Source of the DNA: Thermoplasmata archaeon | Lineage (GTDB): Archaea > Thermoplasmatota > Thermoplasmata > Lutacidiplasmatales > UBA184 | Length of the DNA stretch: 64,000 bases | Assembly: GCA_022750335.1 (NCBI GenBank) | Contig: JAKIVX010000005.1 | Location: 16,119 to 80,118 of the forward strand | Direction: 5' to 3' | Shown here: positions 1-7,812 of the stretch, in pieces | Layout: every line of letters begins with the position of its first letter | Numbering within the stretch: the first letter of the stretch is position 1 | The notes under the pieces: generated by a model | The model's database searches: none | What the model was told of the DNA's origin: nothing | Seen by the model: the letters and a program-made list of their open reading frames with translations, nothing else | Position numbers and translations under genes: made by a program

Positions 1-352
1 AGTTCGCACGGAGCGACCATGCGAGCAGAGTGTCGAGGAGCCTTCCCCCGATCCCCCGCCGACGAAACTCCGGATCCACCCACATCCCGTACACTTGAGG
101 GGTGGTATCTTTCGAGAAGAGCCCGATCATTCCCACCAATGTTCCGGTGCCGGTTTCGGCCACCCAAATCGACTCGTCTTCGGCGCTCGCCGAGCGTTGT
201 AGCCGAGAGGTCCATGTGGCCTCGTCATAGGCGATCTCGCGAGCCAGGGTGCTTCCGAAGGCCAGCGGGTCTTGGGTGAGCGATCGGAGTCGGAGAGACC
301 GGAATCCAGCGAGGTCAGAGGTCCGGATTCGTCGAATCGAGATGGCGTCCAA
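1..352 (-). CDS. GNAT family N-acetyltransferase (runs off left edge; 3' end missing)
   Basis: Manual minus-strand translation from TTG at 352: MDAISIRRIRTSDLAGFRSLRLRSLTQDPLAFGSTLARE...VYGMWVDPEFRRRGIGGRLLDTLLAW, with the acetyl-CoA motif A (VxPxxRxxGIG). Not in the ORF track because there is no stop in the window. Confidence 0.85.
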   Translation of the reverse strand, partial: MDAISIRRIRTSDLAGFRSLRLRSLTQDPLAFGSTLAREIAYDEATWTSRLQRSASAEDESIWVAETGTGTLVGMIGLFSKDTTPQVYGMWVDPEFRRRGIGGRLLDTLLAWSLRAN

Positions 353-548
353 GGAACTACGCACCCTCGATCCCAATCCCGGAGCGGCCTAAAGGAAAAC
401 CCCCCGTCGCCTCGGGAGGCACTACACCGGCGAATCGCGCGAGGGCCGTGCCGAGCACCGACAAGGGCGGGCGGACCTGGGCGTACGGGGAGATAGGGGG
501 GCCGGTACGCGCGCCGCCTCGGGTCCCTTCACACGTCCCGTGAATCAA

Positions 549-570
549 AATTTTTGTTGGCCTAATAATT
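549..570. promoter_or_regulatory. Putative DtxR/MntR operator and promoter of the metal ABC operon
   Basis: AT-rich imperfect palindrome AATTTTT-N8-AATAATT. The core TTTTGTTGGCCTAA (552-565) matches the TTAGGTTAACCTAA-type box at 10/14 and lies about 45 nt upstream of the DtxR-family gene. Confidence 0.5.
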
Positions 571-610
571 AGTATAAGCCATAATATAGCTTCGGAGGAT
601 AGGTTCGGTC

Positions 611-1042
611 GTGGAGGCCCTACAGCAACTCACCCGACGACAGATCGACGCTCTGCGGGACATCGGTGCACGGGAGACCCCGGAGCGCGGTGTATCCCTG
701 AAGGTCACCGCCGCGTCGCTGAAGGTGCGACCTCCGTCCGCGCTCGGGCATCTCACGACGTTGGAGGAGATGGGGCTTATCGGGCGGCACCGAGGTAAAT
801 CACGACTTACACCCCGGGGTCAACGGACGCTCGCCGAGTACCAGCGACACCACCGTATCGCCGAAACCCTCTTCGGAAATCTGGGACTCGGGCCGGCCGA
901 AACCTGCGCGGCGGCCCGTGAGATCGATCTGGCGATTTCCCATAGGACTGTCGGGGAGATTTGCCGGGCGCAGCAGCACCCATCCACGTGTCCCCATGGG
1001 GAACCCATCGTGCCGTGTCATCCCACAAGCCGGGCCGGGTAG
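611..1042 (+). CDS. DtxR/MntR family metal-dependent transcriptional repressor
   Basis: wHTH, RLTPRG, YQRHHRIAETLF, AAREIDLAIS and C-terminal TCPHGEPI motifs; heads the metal ABC operon. Confidence 0.9.
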   Translation: MEALQQLTRRQIDALRDIGARETPERGVSLKVTAASLKVRPPSALGHLTTLEEMGLIGRHRGKSRLTPRGQRTLAEYQRHHRIAETLFGNLGLGPAETCAAAREIDLAISHRTVGEICRAQQHPSTCPHGEPIVPCHPTSRAG

Positions 1043-1071
1043 GCGGTTTGGAGTACGGGCCGGGAGGAGTC

Positions 1072-2211
1072 ATGGAAACGAATCTGAAGGTCGGAGTGGG
1101 AGTGGCCGTCGCCGTGGTCATTGTCCTCGTGGCCGCGGGAATTTATGCGGCCTACGTGCTGAATGCCGCCCCGTCGCCGTGCGTCGGGATTTCGACGCCG
1201 GTGGGCCCGACCCCCAACGTCACCGTCCTCCACACCGGGATTCACCCCCTCCCCACCTCTTCTGCCAGCACGCCTCAATCCCCCGCGACGTATTCCCCCG
1301 GCCCCGGCGATCCGAAGGGAACGGTGCCCCCTTCCGCCACCCCGAGTGTCGCCGGCCCGGGCCTGGTCATCAACGTGGTCGCCGGGGAGAATTTCTGGGG
1401 CAGTCTCGTGGGTCAGCTCGGGGGGACCCACGTCAACGTGACGAGCATCATCTCCGACCCCAACACCGACCCGCACGAGTTCCAGTCCAACGACTCCGTT
1501 GCGATCGCGATCTCCAGAGCTCAGTACATCATCCTCAACAACGTAGGCTACGATACGTGGGCGACCGAGGCCGTCGCGGGGGACGGGGCCACCGGCCAGA
1601 CCGTTCTGAACATCGGCGACAGCCTGGGTGTCCGTGTCACCGGGGGCATCGTGACGGGGAACCCCCACCTGTGGTACAATCCGACGTATGTGAACCAGAC
1701 CGTGGCCTGGATGTACGACAACCTCACCACCATCGCGACTGCGGACGGTTGGTCGAATCTGACCGGATACTTTACCGACCAGTACCACAACCTCACTTCG
1801 TCCCTGGCATCCCTCTACGACGAGGTCGGCGTGATCAAGCACGACTTCGGCGGCACGGTGGTGGCCGCGACCGAGAGCATCTTCGTCTACCTGGCGAACG
1901 CGACCGGGCTCAACCTGGTCTCCCCACCTGCGTTCATGGAAGCGGTCGCCGAGGCCAACGACCCGCCCGACGCGAGCGTCGTGACGTTCCAGTGCCAACT
2001 CGAGAGCGGGCATGTGAAAGTACTAGTCTTCAACGCGCAGACCGTGACCCCCATCACGACCAACATGAAGGCGATCGCCCAAGAGAGTAACGTCAGCGTG
2101 ATGAGCGTGACCGAGACGATCGTGCCCCCGGACACGACCTTTCAGGCATGGATGGGAGGCGAATTGAATGCGCTCTTCGTCGCGTTGGACGCGAACGCAC
2201 TCGGCCAATGA
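1072..2211 (+). CDS. Zn/Mn ABC transporter substrate-binding protein (ZnuA/TroA cluster), N-terminally membrane-anchored
   Basis: GGAGGAG SD before ATG 1072; N-terminal TM, Pro/Ser/Thr linker, DPHEF and NPHLWY metal-ligand motifs; many NxT/S sequons. Confidence 0.9.
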   Translation: METNLKVGVGVAVAVVIVLVAAGIYAAYVLNAAPSPCVGISTPVGPTPNVTVLHTGIHPLPTSSASTPQSPATYSPGPGDPKGTVPPSATPSVAGPGLVINVVAGENFWGSLVGQLGGTHVNVTSIISDPNTDPHEFQSNDSVAIAISRAQYIILNNVGYDTWATEAVAGDGATGQTVLNIGDSLGVRVTGGIVTGNPHLWYNPTYVNQTVAWMYDNLTTIATADGWSNLTGYFTDQYHNLTSSLASLYDEVGVIKHDFGGTVVAATESIFVYLANATGLNLVSPPAFMEAVAEANDPPDASVVTFQCQLESGHVKVLVFNAQTVTPITTNMKAIAQESNVSVMSVTETIVPPDTTFQAWMGGELNALFVALDANALGQ

Positions 2212-2250
2212 GGTCCCGTACGCAGCCCCCGGCATGGAGGAACGCCTTCC

Positions 2251-3051
2251 GTGGCGGGTGAGATCGCTCGGGCGGACCATCTGGAGGTCGAGTACGGAGG
2301 CCACGTCGTCTGGAGCGACGCCAACTTCCGAATCCAACGGGGCGAGCTCGTCGCGGTCATCGGCCCCAATGGCGCCGGCAAGACGACCCTGTTCCGACTG
2401 CTCCTCGGGCTGATCCGACCCTCCCGCGGTGACCTGCGGGTCTTCGAGGAGGCACCGCGCCGGGGCAACCGGAAGATCGGCTACGTCCCGCAGAGCCACG
2501 CCGTGGACCGGGACACGAACGTCGAGGCGGTCCAGCTCGTTCGGCTGGGCTTCTCGGGGAACCGCTGGGTCCCAAACATCACTCCCCGCGGGATCCGGGC
2601 GGAGCGAAGCGCGACCGACGAAGCCCTCCGGTCGGTGGGGGCGACCGAGCTGGCGAAGAAGTCCCTCGGCGCCATGTCGGGCGGCGAGCTGCAGCGGATC
2701 TTCCTCGCCGAGGCCCTCGCGGGCTCGCCCGAGCTCCTCCTGCTGGACGAACCGCTTGCGAGCCTCGACCTCCGACGGGCGAAGGAGCTGGTCGACCTGG
2801 TCGACGGCCTCGTCCGGACCCGGAACGTGGCCACCCTGCTGGTCGCCCACGACATCAACCCGCTTATCCACTGCCTGGACAAGGTCATCTACATCGCGAA
2901 CGGCCAGGTCGCGACCGGACTGCCGTCCGAAGTGCTGACGACCGAGAGCCTGAGCGCGCTGTACGGCGTACGGGTCGAGGTGCTCCACGACTCCCGTGGC
3001 AACATGGTGATCGTCGGGGGTGAGGACTCCCATCCGGACTCGGAACCATGA
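2251..3051 (+). CDS. Metal ABC transporter ATP-binding protein (ZnuC-like)
   Basis: Walker A GPNGAGKT, IGYVPQ, signature MSGGELQR, Walker B LLLLDEP, H-switch VAHD. Confidence 0.93.
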   Translation: MAGEIARADHLEVEYGGHVVWSDANFRIQRGELVAVIGPNGAGKTTLFRLLLGLIRPSRGDLRVFEEAPRRGNRKIGYVPQSHAVDRDTNVEAVQLVRLGFSGNRWVPNITPRGIRAERSATDEALRSVGATELAKKSLGAMSGGELQRIFLAEALAGSPELLLLDEPLASLDLRRAKELVDLVDGLVRTRNVATLLVAHDINPLIHCLDKVIYIANGQVATGLPSEVLTTESLSALYGVRVEVLHDSRGNMVIVGGEDSHPDSEP

Positions 3052-3938
3052 CCGACATCACGTGGGTCTGGTGGGGATGGAACATCGTCTACGACCTCCG
3101 AGTGATGCTTCAATACGAGTTCGTGCGCAACGCGTTCGAGGCCGGTACCGTCATCGCGATCCTCGCCGGGGTGGTGAGCTACCTGGTGGTCCTGCGTCGA
3201 TCTTCGTTCGCCGCCCATGCGCTCGGGCATGTCGGGTTTTCCGGGGCGGCCGGGGCTGTGCTCTTTGGCGTCGCTCCGATCTACGGGTTGCTCCTGTTCA
3301 CCACGACCTCGGGAAGCGGTATCGCCCTTCTCGGGCAGAAGGCCTCCCACCGGGACGTCGAGATCGGTACCGTGCTTGCGTTCATGCTCGGGCTGGGCCT
3401 GCTCTTTCTCTCGTTCTACAATGGGTTCGCCACGGAAGCGTACTCGATCCTCTTCGGCTCGATCGTCGGCATCAGCAATAGCCAAGTCGTGTTCACCGTC
3501 GAGACGAGCCTGGCCGTCCTGGCGGTCCTGGCCGTGGTCTATCGGCAACTCCTCTTCGCGTCGCTGGACGAGGAAGTGGCCGAAGCGAAAGGGATGCACA
3601 CGCTGGTCCTCGGCGTGATCTTCATGCTCGCATTGGCCGTGGCCATCTCGATCGCGGTGACGATCATCGGCGTGCTCCTCATCTTCGCTCTGACCGTCAC
3701 CCCGGCGGCCATCGCGATCCGATTGTCCAGGCGACCGCTGGTGGCGGTCCTCATTTCGGTGCTCGTGGCGCTGTTCGCCACTTGGGCCGGGATTTTCATC
3801 GCCTTCTACGAAGTGGAACCGACCAGTTTCTTCATCGTCACCATCGTGTTCGTCCTCTACGTCATCGTCCGGATCCTACCGTTTCTACCTCGGACGAAGT
3901 CTAGGCGGGCGGTCGAGGGCCACGGCCAGGGAGCCTAA
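3048..3938 (+). CDS. Metal ABC transporter permease (ZnuB-like)
   Basis: Multi-TM; SFAAHALGH, ILFGSI, SLDEEVAEAKG, VTPAAIA motifs; 4-nt overlap with the ATPase gene. Confidence 0.92.
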   Translation: MTDITWVWWGWNIVYDLRVMLQYEFVRNAFEAGTVIAILAGVVSYLVVLRRSSFAAHALGHVGFSGAAGAVLFGVAPIYGLLLFTTTSGSGIALLGQKASHRDVEIGTVLAFMLGLGLLFLSFYNGFATEAYSILFGSIVGISNSQVVFTVETSLAVLAVLAVVYRQLLFASLDEEVAEAKGMHTLVLGVIFMLALAVAISIAVTIIGVLLIFALTVTPAAIAIRLSRRPLVAVLISVLVALFATWAGIFIAFYEVEPTSFFIVTIVFVLYVIVRILPFLPRTKSRRAVEGHGQGA

Positions 3939-4169
3939 CGAGATCCCCGTCCACTGCGTGGACAGCGCGAACGGTTCGGGAAGGAAAGTCGGTCCACCTA
4001 CGATTCCCCATGCGTGAGTCCGGCCTCCGCGGGCGAGGGTGAATCCAGCCCTCGATCGGAAGGTCCGGCGGTTCGCCCCGACGCGGGGGGAAGCACCGGG
4101 AGCACCCGTGGGGAGTCCTAGGACCCGCGTCGAGCCGGACTCGGGATTGGACCTCGCCTCGCCAGAAGG

Positions 4170-4272
4170 TAGCGGGGCATGGATTTGAACCATGGATCTA
4201 CGGGTTATGAGCCCGTCGGGATTTCAGGACGGCCGGGATTCCCGGACGTTTTCCTGACTACCCTACCCCGCT
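4170..4272 (-). tRNA. Initiator tRNA-Met(CAT) with 28-nt D-loop intron (4223-4250)
   Basis: Reverse complement AGCGGGG TA GGGT AGTCAGGAA[intron]A TCCC G ACGGG CT CAT AA CCCGT AGATC CATGG TTCAAAT CCATG CCCCGCT A. A1-U72 and three G-C pairs at the anticodon stem end mark the initiator. BHB with CAGG/CCTG helix and AAA bulges. Confidence 0.93.
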
Positions 4273-4430
4273 GCGGCGCGGCCATGGAGGCCTCTGTATA
4301 TGAGCTTCGACCTGAGCTGCGAACGACGAGGCTCCCTCCTCGCCCCGCGCTCCCGCGAGGGGCAGTGCCGGTTCGTAGGAACCGCGCGTGACCACAACGA
4401 CATTTACCCCTCCAGATCGAATTGTAGTGC

Positions 4431-5465
4431 ATGCGTCTCGGCGCGTTCTCCGTCGTAGAGTCCCGGCCGGCGATCGACGGGGCGGACCCTAATGGACGGT
4501 ACGATGAACTCCTACGACTGATCGAGACCGCCGATCGGTCGGGTCTCGCCTCCTTCTGGGTCGCGGAGCACCACTTCCAATCGAGCGGCCTTTGTCCCGC
4601 ACCGCCCGTCCTTCTCGCTGCCGCCGGTCAACGGACCTCGAGGATCCGACTCGGCTCGCTCGTGTGCGTGCTGCCGTTCCATCGGCCGATCGATGTGGCC
4701 GAGGAGTACTCCCTTCTCGATGTACTCCTCCATGGGCGCCTCAACTTCGGGATCGGCTCGGGGTATGTACCGCTGGAGCTCGAGGGGTTCGGCGTTTTGG
4801 CGTCCGCCAAACGGGAGGCGTTCGACCGAAACCTCGCCGAGGTTCGGGCGGCATTCTACGGCGAGCCGATCCAAATCGAAGGCGGCGGGTGCGTGCGGAT
4901 AAACGTTCGCTCCCCCCAAGTCCCTCATCCGCCGATCTGGGTCGCCGCCCAAAGGCGCGAGAGCGTCGCCCCGATCGCCCGAGCGGGTCTCGGGTTGGCC
5001 CTCCTCCCGTACGCGACCTTCCGGGACCGTTCGGACCTCGGCGCCGCCGTTCAGGAGTACCGGCGGGCCTTGCCTCCAGGGGTCCCGGGGTCGGTCTCGA
5101 TCGCGCTCCCGATGTATGTGGGGGAGGATTCCGCCCGGGCGCACCGAGCCTTGGACCGTCACCTCGCCAGTCGGGCCGCCGCCTCGGAGGGGTTCTTCGA
5201 GGGGGCGGTTCGACGGGGCCCCTCGACGCTCTCCGCCGCCGCGGTCGCCCGGTCGGGCTTCTCCGTCTTCGGACCCTCCGACACCGTGGCGGACGCACTC
5301 GAGGAGTTCGAACGGTTGGGGGTCGACGAGGTTCTCGGAATGTTCGATATCGGCGACCTCCCGGTCCCGGAGGTCGTCCAGTCGATTCGACGGGCCGCGA
5401 CCGCCCGGGCCCGCGTCGTCGGGATGGCCCCGACCGCGTGGATCCGACCGATGCGGGCCTATTGA
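4431..5465 (+). CDS. LLM class (luciferase-like) flavin-dependent oxidoreductase
   Basis: SFWVAEHH, TSRIRLG, PIDVAEEYSLLDVLLHGRLNFGIGSG, PHPPIWVA motifs. Confidence 0.9.
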   Translation: MRLGAFSVVESRPAIDGADPNGRYDELLRLIETADRSGLASFWVAEHHFQSSGLCPAPPVLLAAAGQRTSRIRLGSLVCVLPFHRPIDVAEEYSLLDVLLHGRLNFGIGSGYVPLELEGFGVLASAKREAFDRNLAEVRAAFYGEPIQIEGGGCVRINVRSPQVPHPPIWVAAQRRESVAPIARAGLGLALLPYATFRDRSDLGAAVQEYRRALPPGVPGSVSIALPMYVGEDSARAHRALDRHLASRAAASEGFFEGAVRRGPSTLSAAAVARSGFSVFGPSDTVADALEEFERLGVDEVLGMFDIGDLPVPEVVQSIRRAATARARVVGMAPTAWIRPMRAY

Positions 5466-5523
5466 AGAATAGCCCAAGGGGGAAGAAAGAAAGGGTTGGC
5501 CCGGGGGAGGATACGAGTCCCCG

Positions 5524-5691
5524 CTAGGGGTGCTTCGACATCTTCAGGATGTCCGCGTCGGGTACATCCTTCTGATGCGTGTGCTGCATGTGCCAGTGGA
5601 CCGTCGCCAAGAGCTCCTTCTGGTCCTTCGTCACAACTTCGAATCCGTCCTCGCACTCCACCTTCATCCTTCCGCATCCCATGGTTTTCAC
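5524..5691 (-). CDS. Small putative metal-binding protein (DUF1059-like), 55 aa
   Basis: Manual translation from GTG 5691 (or ATG 5682): MKTMGCGRMKVECEDGFEVVTKDQKELLATVHWHMQHTHQKDVPDADILKMSKHP; C-x6-C...EL...H-x4-H pattern. Below the ORF-track cutoff. Confidence 0.75.
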   Translation of the reverse strand: MKTMGCGRMKVECEDGFEVVTKDQKELLATVHWHMQHTHQKDVPDADILKMSKHP

Positions 5692-5811
5692 TCGGTCCGC
5701 CGCTCAGCGGACAGGCGTGACATGCAGGCCCGGGATATAGGTCCATGTTGTGTCGCCCATCTACAACTTGCGGCGCTTCCTCGAGAGGAACCGGGCCAAG
5801 TCGCCGCCTGA

Positions 5812-6672
5812 CTACCGCACGGTGAATCGCGGAGGGCCCTTCGAGCGCTTCCCGGGCCCGGGGCGGGGGGCCCGCCAGGTGGCCGGACCGGCCCGTTCCC
5901 ACATCCCGTCGAAATAGAGGCTCTGACTTCGAATGAAGTCCGGATTATCAGTCCAGATCGCCACTTCCTGGACCCCCCGCGCCTGTCCGTTCGGGACCGG
6001 GAAGATGAGCACCTCCCGATCGTCCACGATCGTCACGCGCGCGGATTGGGGGAAGAGTTGGCGGATCTCGAGCGCCGGATACCGTCGGCTCGACCGGGAA
6101 AACCCCTGGAGGGTGAGCCGGATCCGTGGGTCGGACTCCACGATCATCCGGAACCGCCCTCCCGCGCGGAGGAAGCGGGGGAATTCGTCCGGGATCCCGT
6201 ACTCGATCGACCGCCGCATGCCACCGTGCGTGATCATCACCGCGAGACTCGCCCGCGCCCGCTTCACCATCTCCCGAAGCAGCGGGTAGATCCCTGGGGC
6301 GCCGGGCAGGACCTGGAATCGGGGGGCGTCGCCATCTCCCCGCTCGCCCAAGGTCGGCAGCAACGCGGTCAGGGCGGTCGCCAGCTTCTCGTCCTCGACC
6401 ACGGCAGATCGTTTTGATTCCAAGTGTTCGTCAAAGAGGGCCCGAGGAAGAATGGGGACGTAGCGTCGGGGGCGTTCGGCGGTCACGGTGACGGTGCCGC
6501 GGGCTCGGAGAGCGTCGAGGGTCCGGTACGCGATCACGCGGTCGGACCCCGCCTCCCGCGCGGCCTCGGGGGCGGTCGACGGACCCAATTGGAGCAGCGC
6601 CAGATAGAGCTGGGCCTCCCGATCGTTCAAGCCGAATCGGGCGAGGGATCGAAGGAGCTCGGTACGGTCCAT
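5812..6672 (-). CDS. TrmB family transcriptional regulator
   Basis: FGLNDREAQLYLALL...YRTLDAL...ERPRRYVP N-terminal wHTH; C-terminal TIVDDREVLI effector domain. Confidence 0.88.
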   Translation of the reverse strand: MDRTELLRSLARFGLNDREAQLYLALLQLGPSTAPEAAREAGSDRVIAYRTLDALRARGTVTVTAERPRRYVPILPRALFDEHLESKRSAVVEDEKLATALTALLPTLGERGDGDAPRFQVLPGAPGIYPLLREMVKRARASLAVMITHGGMRRSIEYGIPDEFPRFLRAGGRFRMIVESDPRIRLTLQGFSRSSRRYPALEIRQLFPQSARVTIVDDREVLIFPVPNGQARGVQEVAIWTDNPDFIRSQSLYFDGMWERAGPATWRAPRPGPGKRSKGPPRFTVR

Positions 6673-6772
6673 GGATCCCGCGGGGGCGACCTCGGAACCC
6701 GTGTAGCTCTTTGTGCATACAAAGGCTACCTAGCACCCGGCCCCCGAACGGGGCACCATCGCGTTCCCGGGT

Positions 6773-7537
6773 TCAGAGCGCGTTGACGAGGAACCCGAGC
6801 ACGAAGCCCGCCAAGATCCCGAGGTAGATGAGCCGCTGCTTCGCATAGCTCGCGTCAGGCGTCTCGGCGGGACGGAATGCGACGCGGAGCATGGGCAGGA
6901 TGCAGTAGAGGATCGCTCCGATCGCGAGCGCGTCAAAGGTCACGTCGAGGAGTGGACTATTGTAGAAGTATCCGAGGATCCCGCCCAGTACGGTGGGGAG
7001 TCCTCCGACGAGGAACAAGGCGGCCAGCACCCCGATCTTCCGCTCATTCTTCCCGAGTAGCGGCGCGGTGATCGGGAACCCTTCGGTGACATTCTGCAGG
7101 AAGAAGCCGACAAAGATGACCGTCAGCAACCCCACGATCCCCACCGCCCAGATCGCCCCAAAGACCAGCCCCTCGGTGAGGTTCTGAAATCCGATGGCCG
7201 CGGCGATGACCAACGCGAGGCCTCTCGGGCTCAACGTGCTTTGTTTCGACCGATGCTCCGCAAAGAAGAGTACGAGGAAGCAGGCGACCGACGCCACGAC
7301 GAACGCCGCCGCATACTCCGGATCGGCCAGGTACGGGCTGGCCGGGTTGGTGTAGATGATCGTCGAGGCGTCGGAGAACACATCCGCCAGGAGGAAAACC
7401 AGGATGCCAATCGCCACCGCATTGAGCAAGGTGATCGTCCGCGAGGCCAACGATTTGGCCAGCACGATGGGAAGGGAGAGGTAGATCGAGAGCCCCATGA
7501 TGGCCGACAGGACGACCAGTTCCGGGAAGTTCGCCAT
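6773..7537 (-). CDS. ZIP family divalent metal transporter
   Basis: About 8 TM; AIGFQNLTEG and FLQNVTEG correspond to the ZIP HNxxEG motifs (H replaced by Q). Confidence 0.85.
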   Translation of the reverse strand: MANFPELVVLSAIMGLSIYLSLPIVLAKSLASRTITLLNAVAIGILVFLLADVFSDASTIIYTNPASPYLADPEYAAAFVVASVACFLVLFFAEHRSKQSTLSPRGLALVIAAAIGFQNLTEGLVFGAIWAVGIVGLLTVIFVGFFLQNVTEGFPITAPLLGKNERKIGVLAALFLVGGLPTVLGGILGYFYNSPLLDVTFDALAIGAILYCILPMLRVAFRPAETPDASYAKQRLIYLGILAGFVLGFLVNAL

Positions 7538-7812
7538 GCGCCTTCGACGGGGTCGGGAACCCGGAGCAATTAAGCGTTACAGTGTGATGGAAGGGGCCCC
7601 GGTCATCACGTTGAGAGCAGAGACATCTCGCCTCGTTTCGCCCGCGTGGCCTTACCACGCCCCGACGAACTCGCCGAGGAGGATCGTCGAGTCTCTCGGG
7701 CAAACCGGAACAAAACCATTCCAATCGAAATCGAAGCCGTACGTGCATTGTGATGAGGGGTGCGCTGCATGGGTCCTTTGCGCTCGAGCTGGACCGTGAG
7801 GATCGTCAGAAG

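Noticed and set aside
3977..4000. GGAAGGAAAGTC resembling the RNase P RNA P4 5' strand
   Set aside because: No matching 3' P4 strand or other conserved RNase P regions could be identified.
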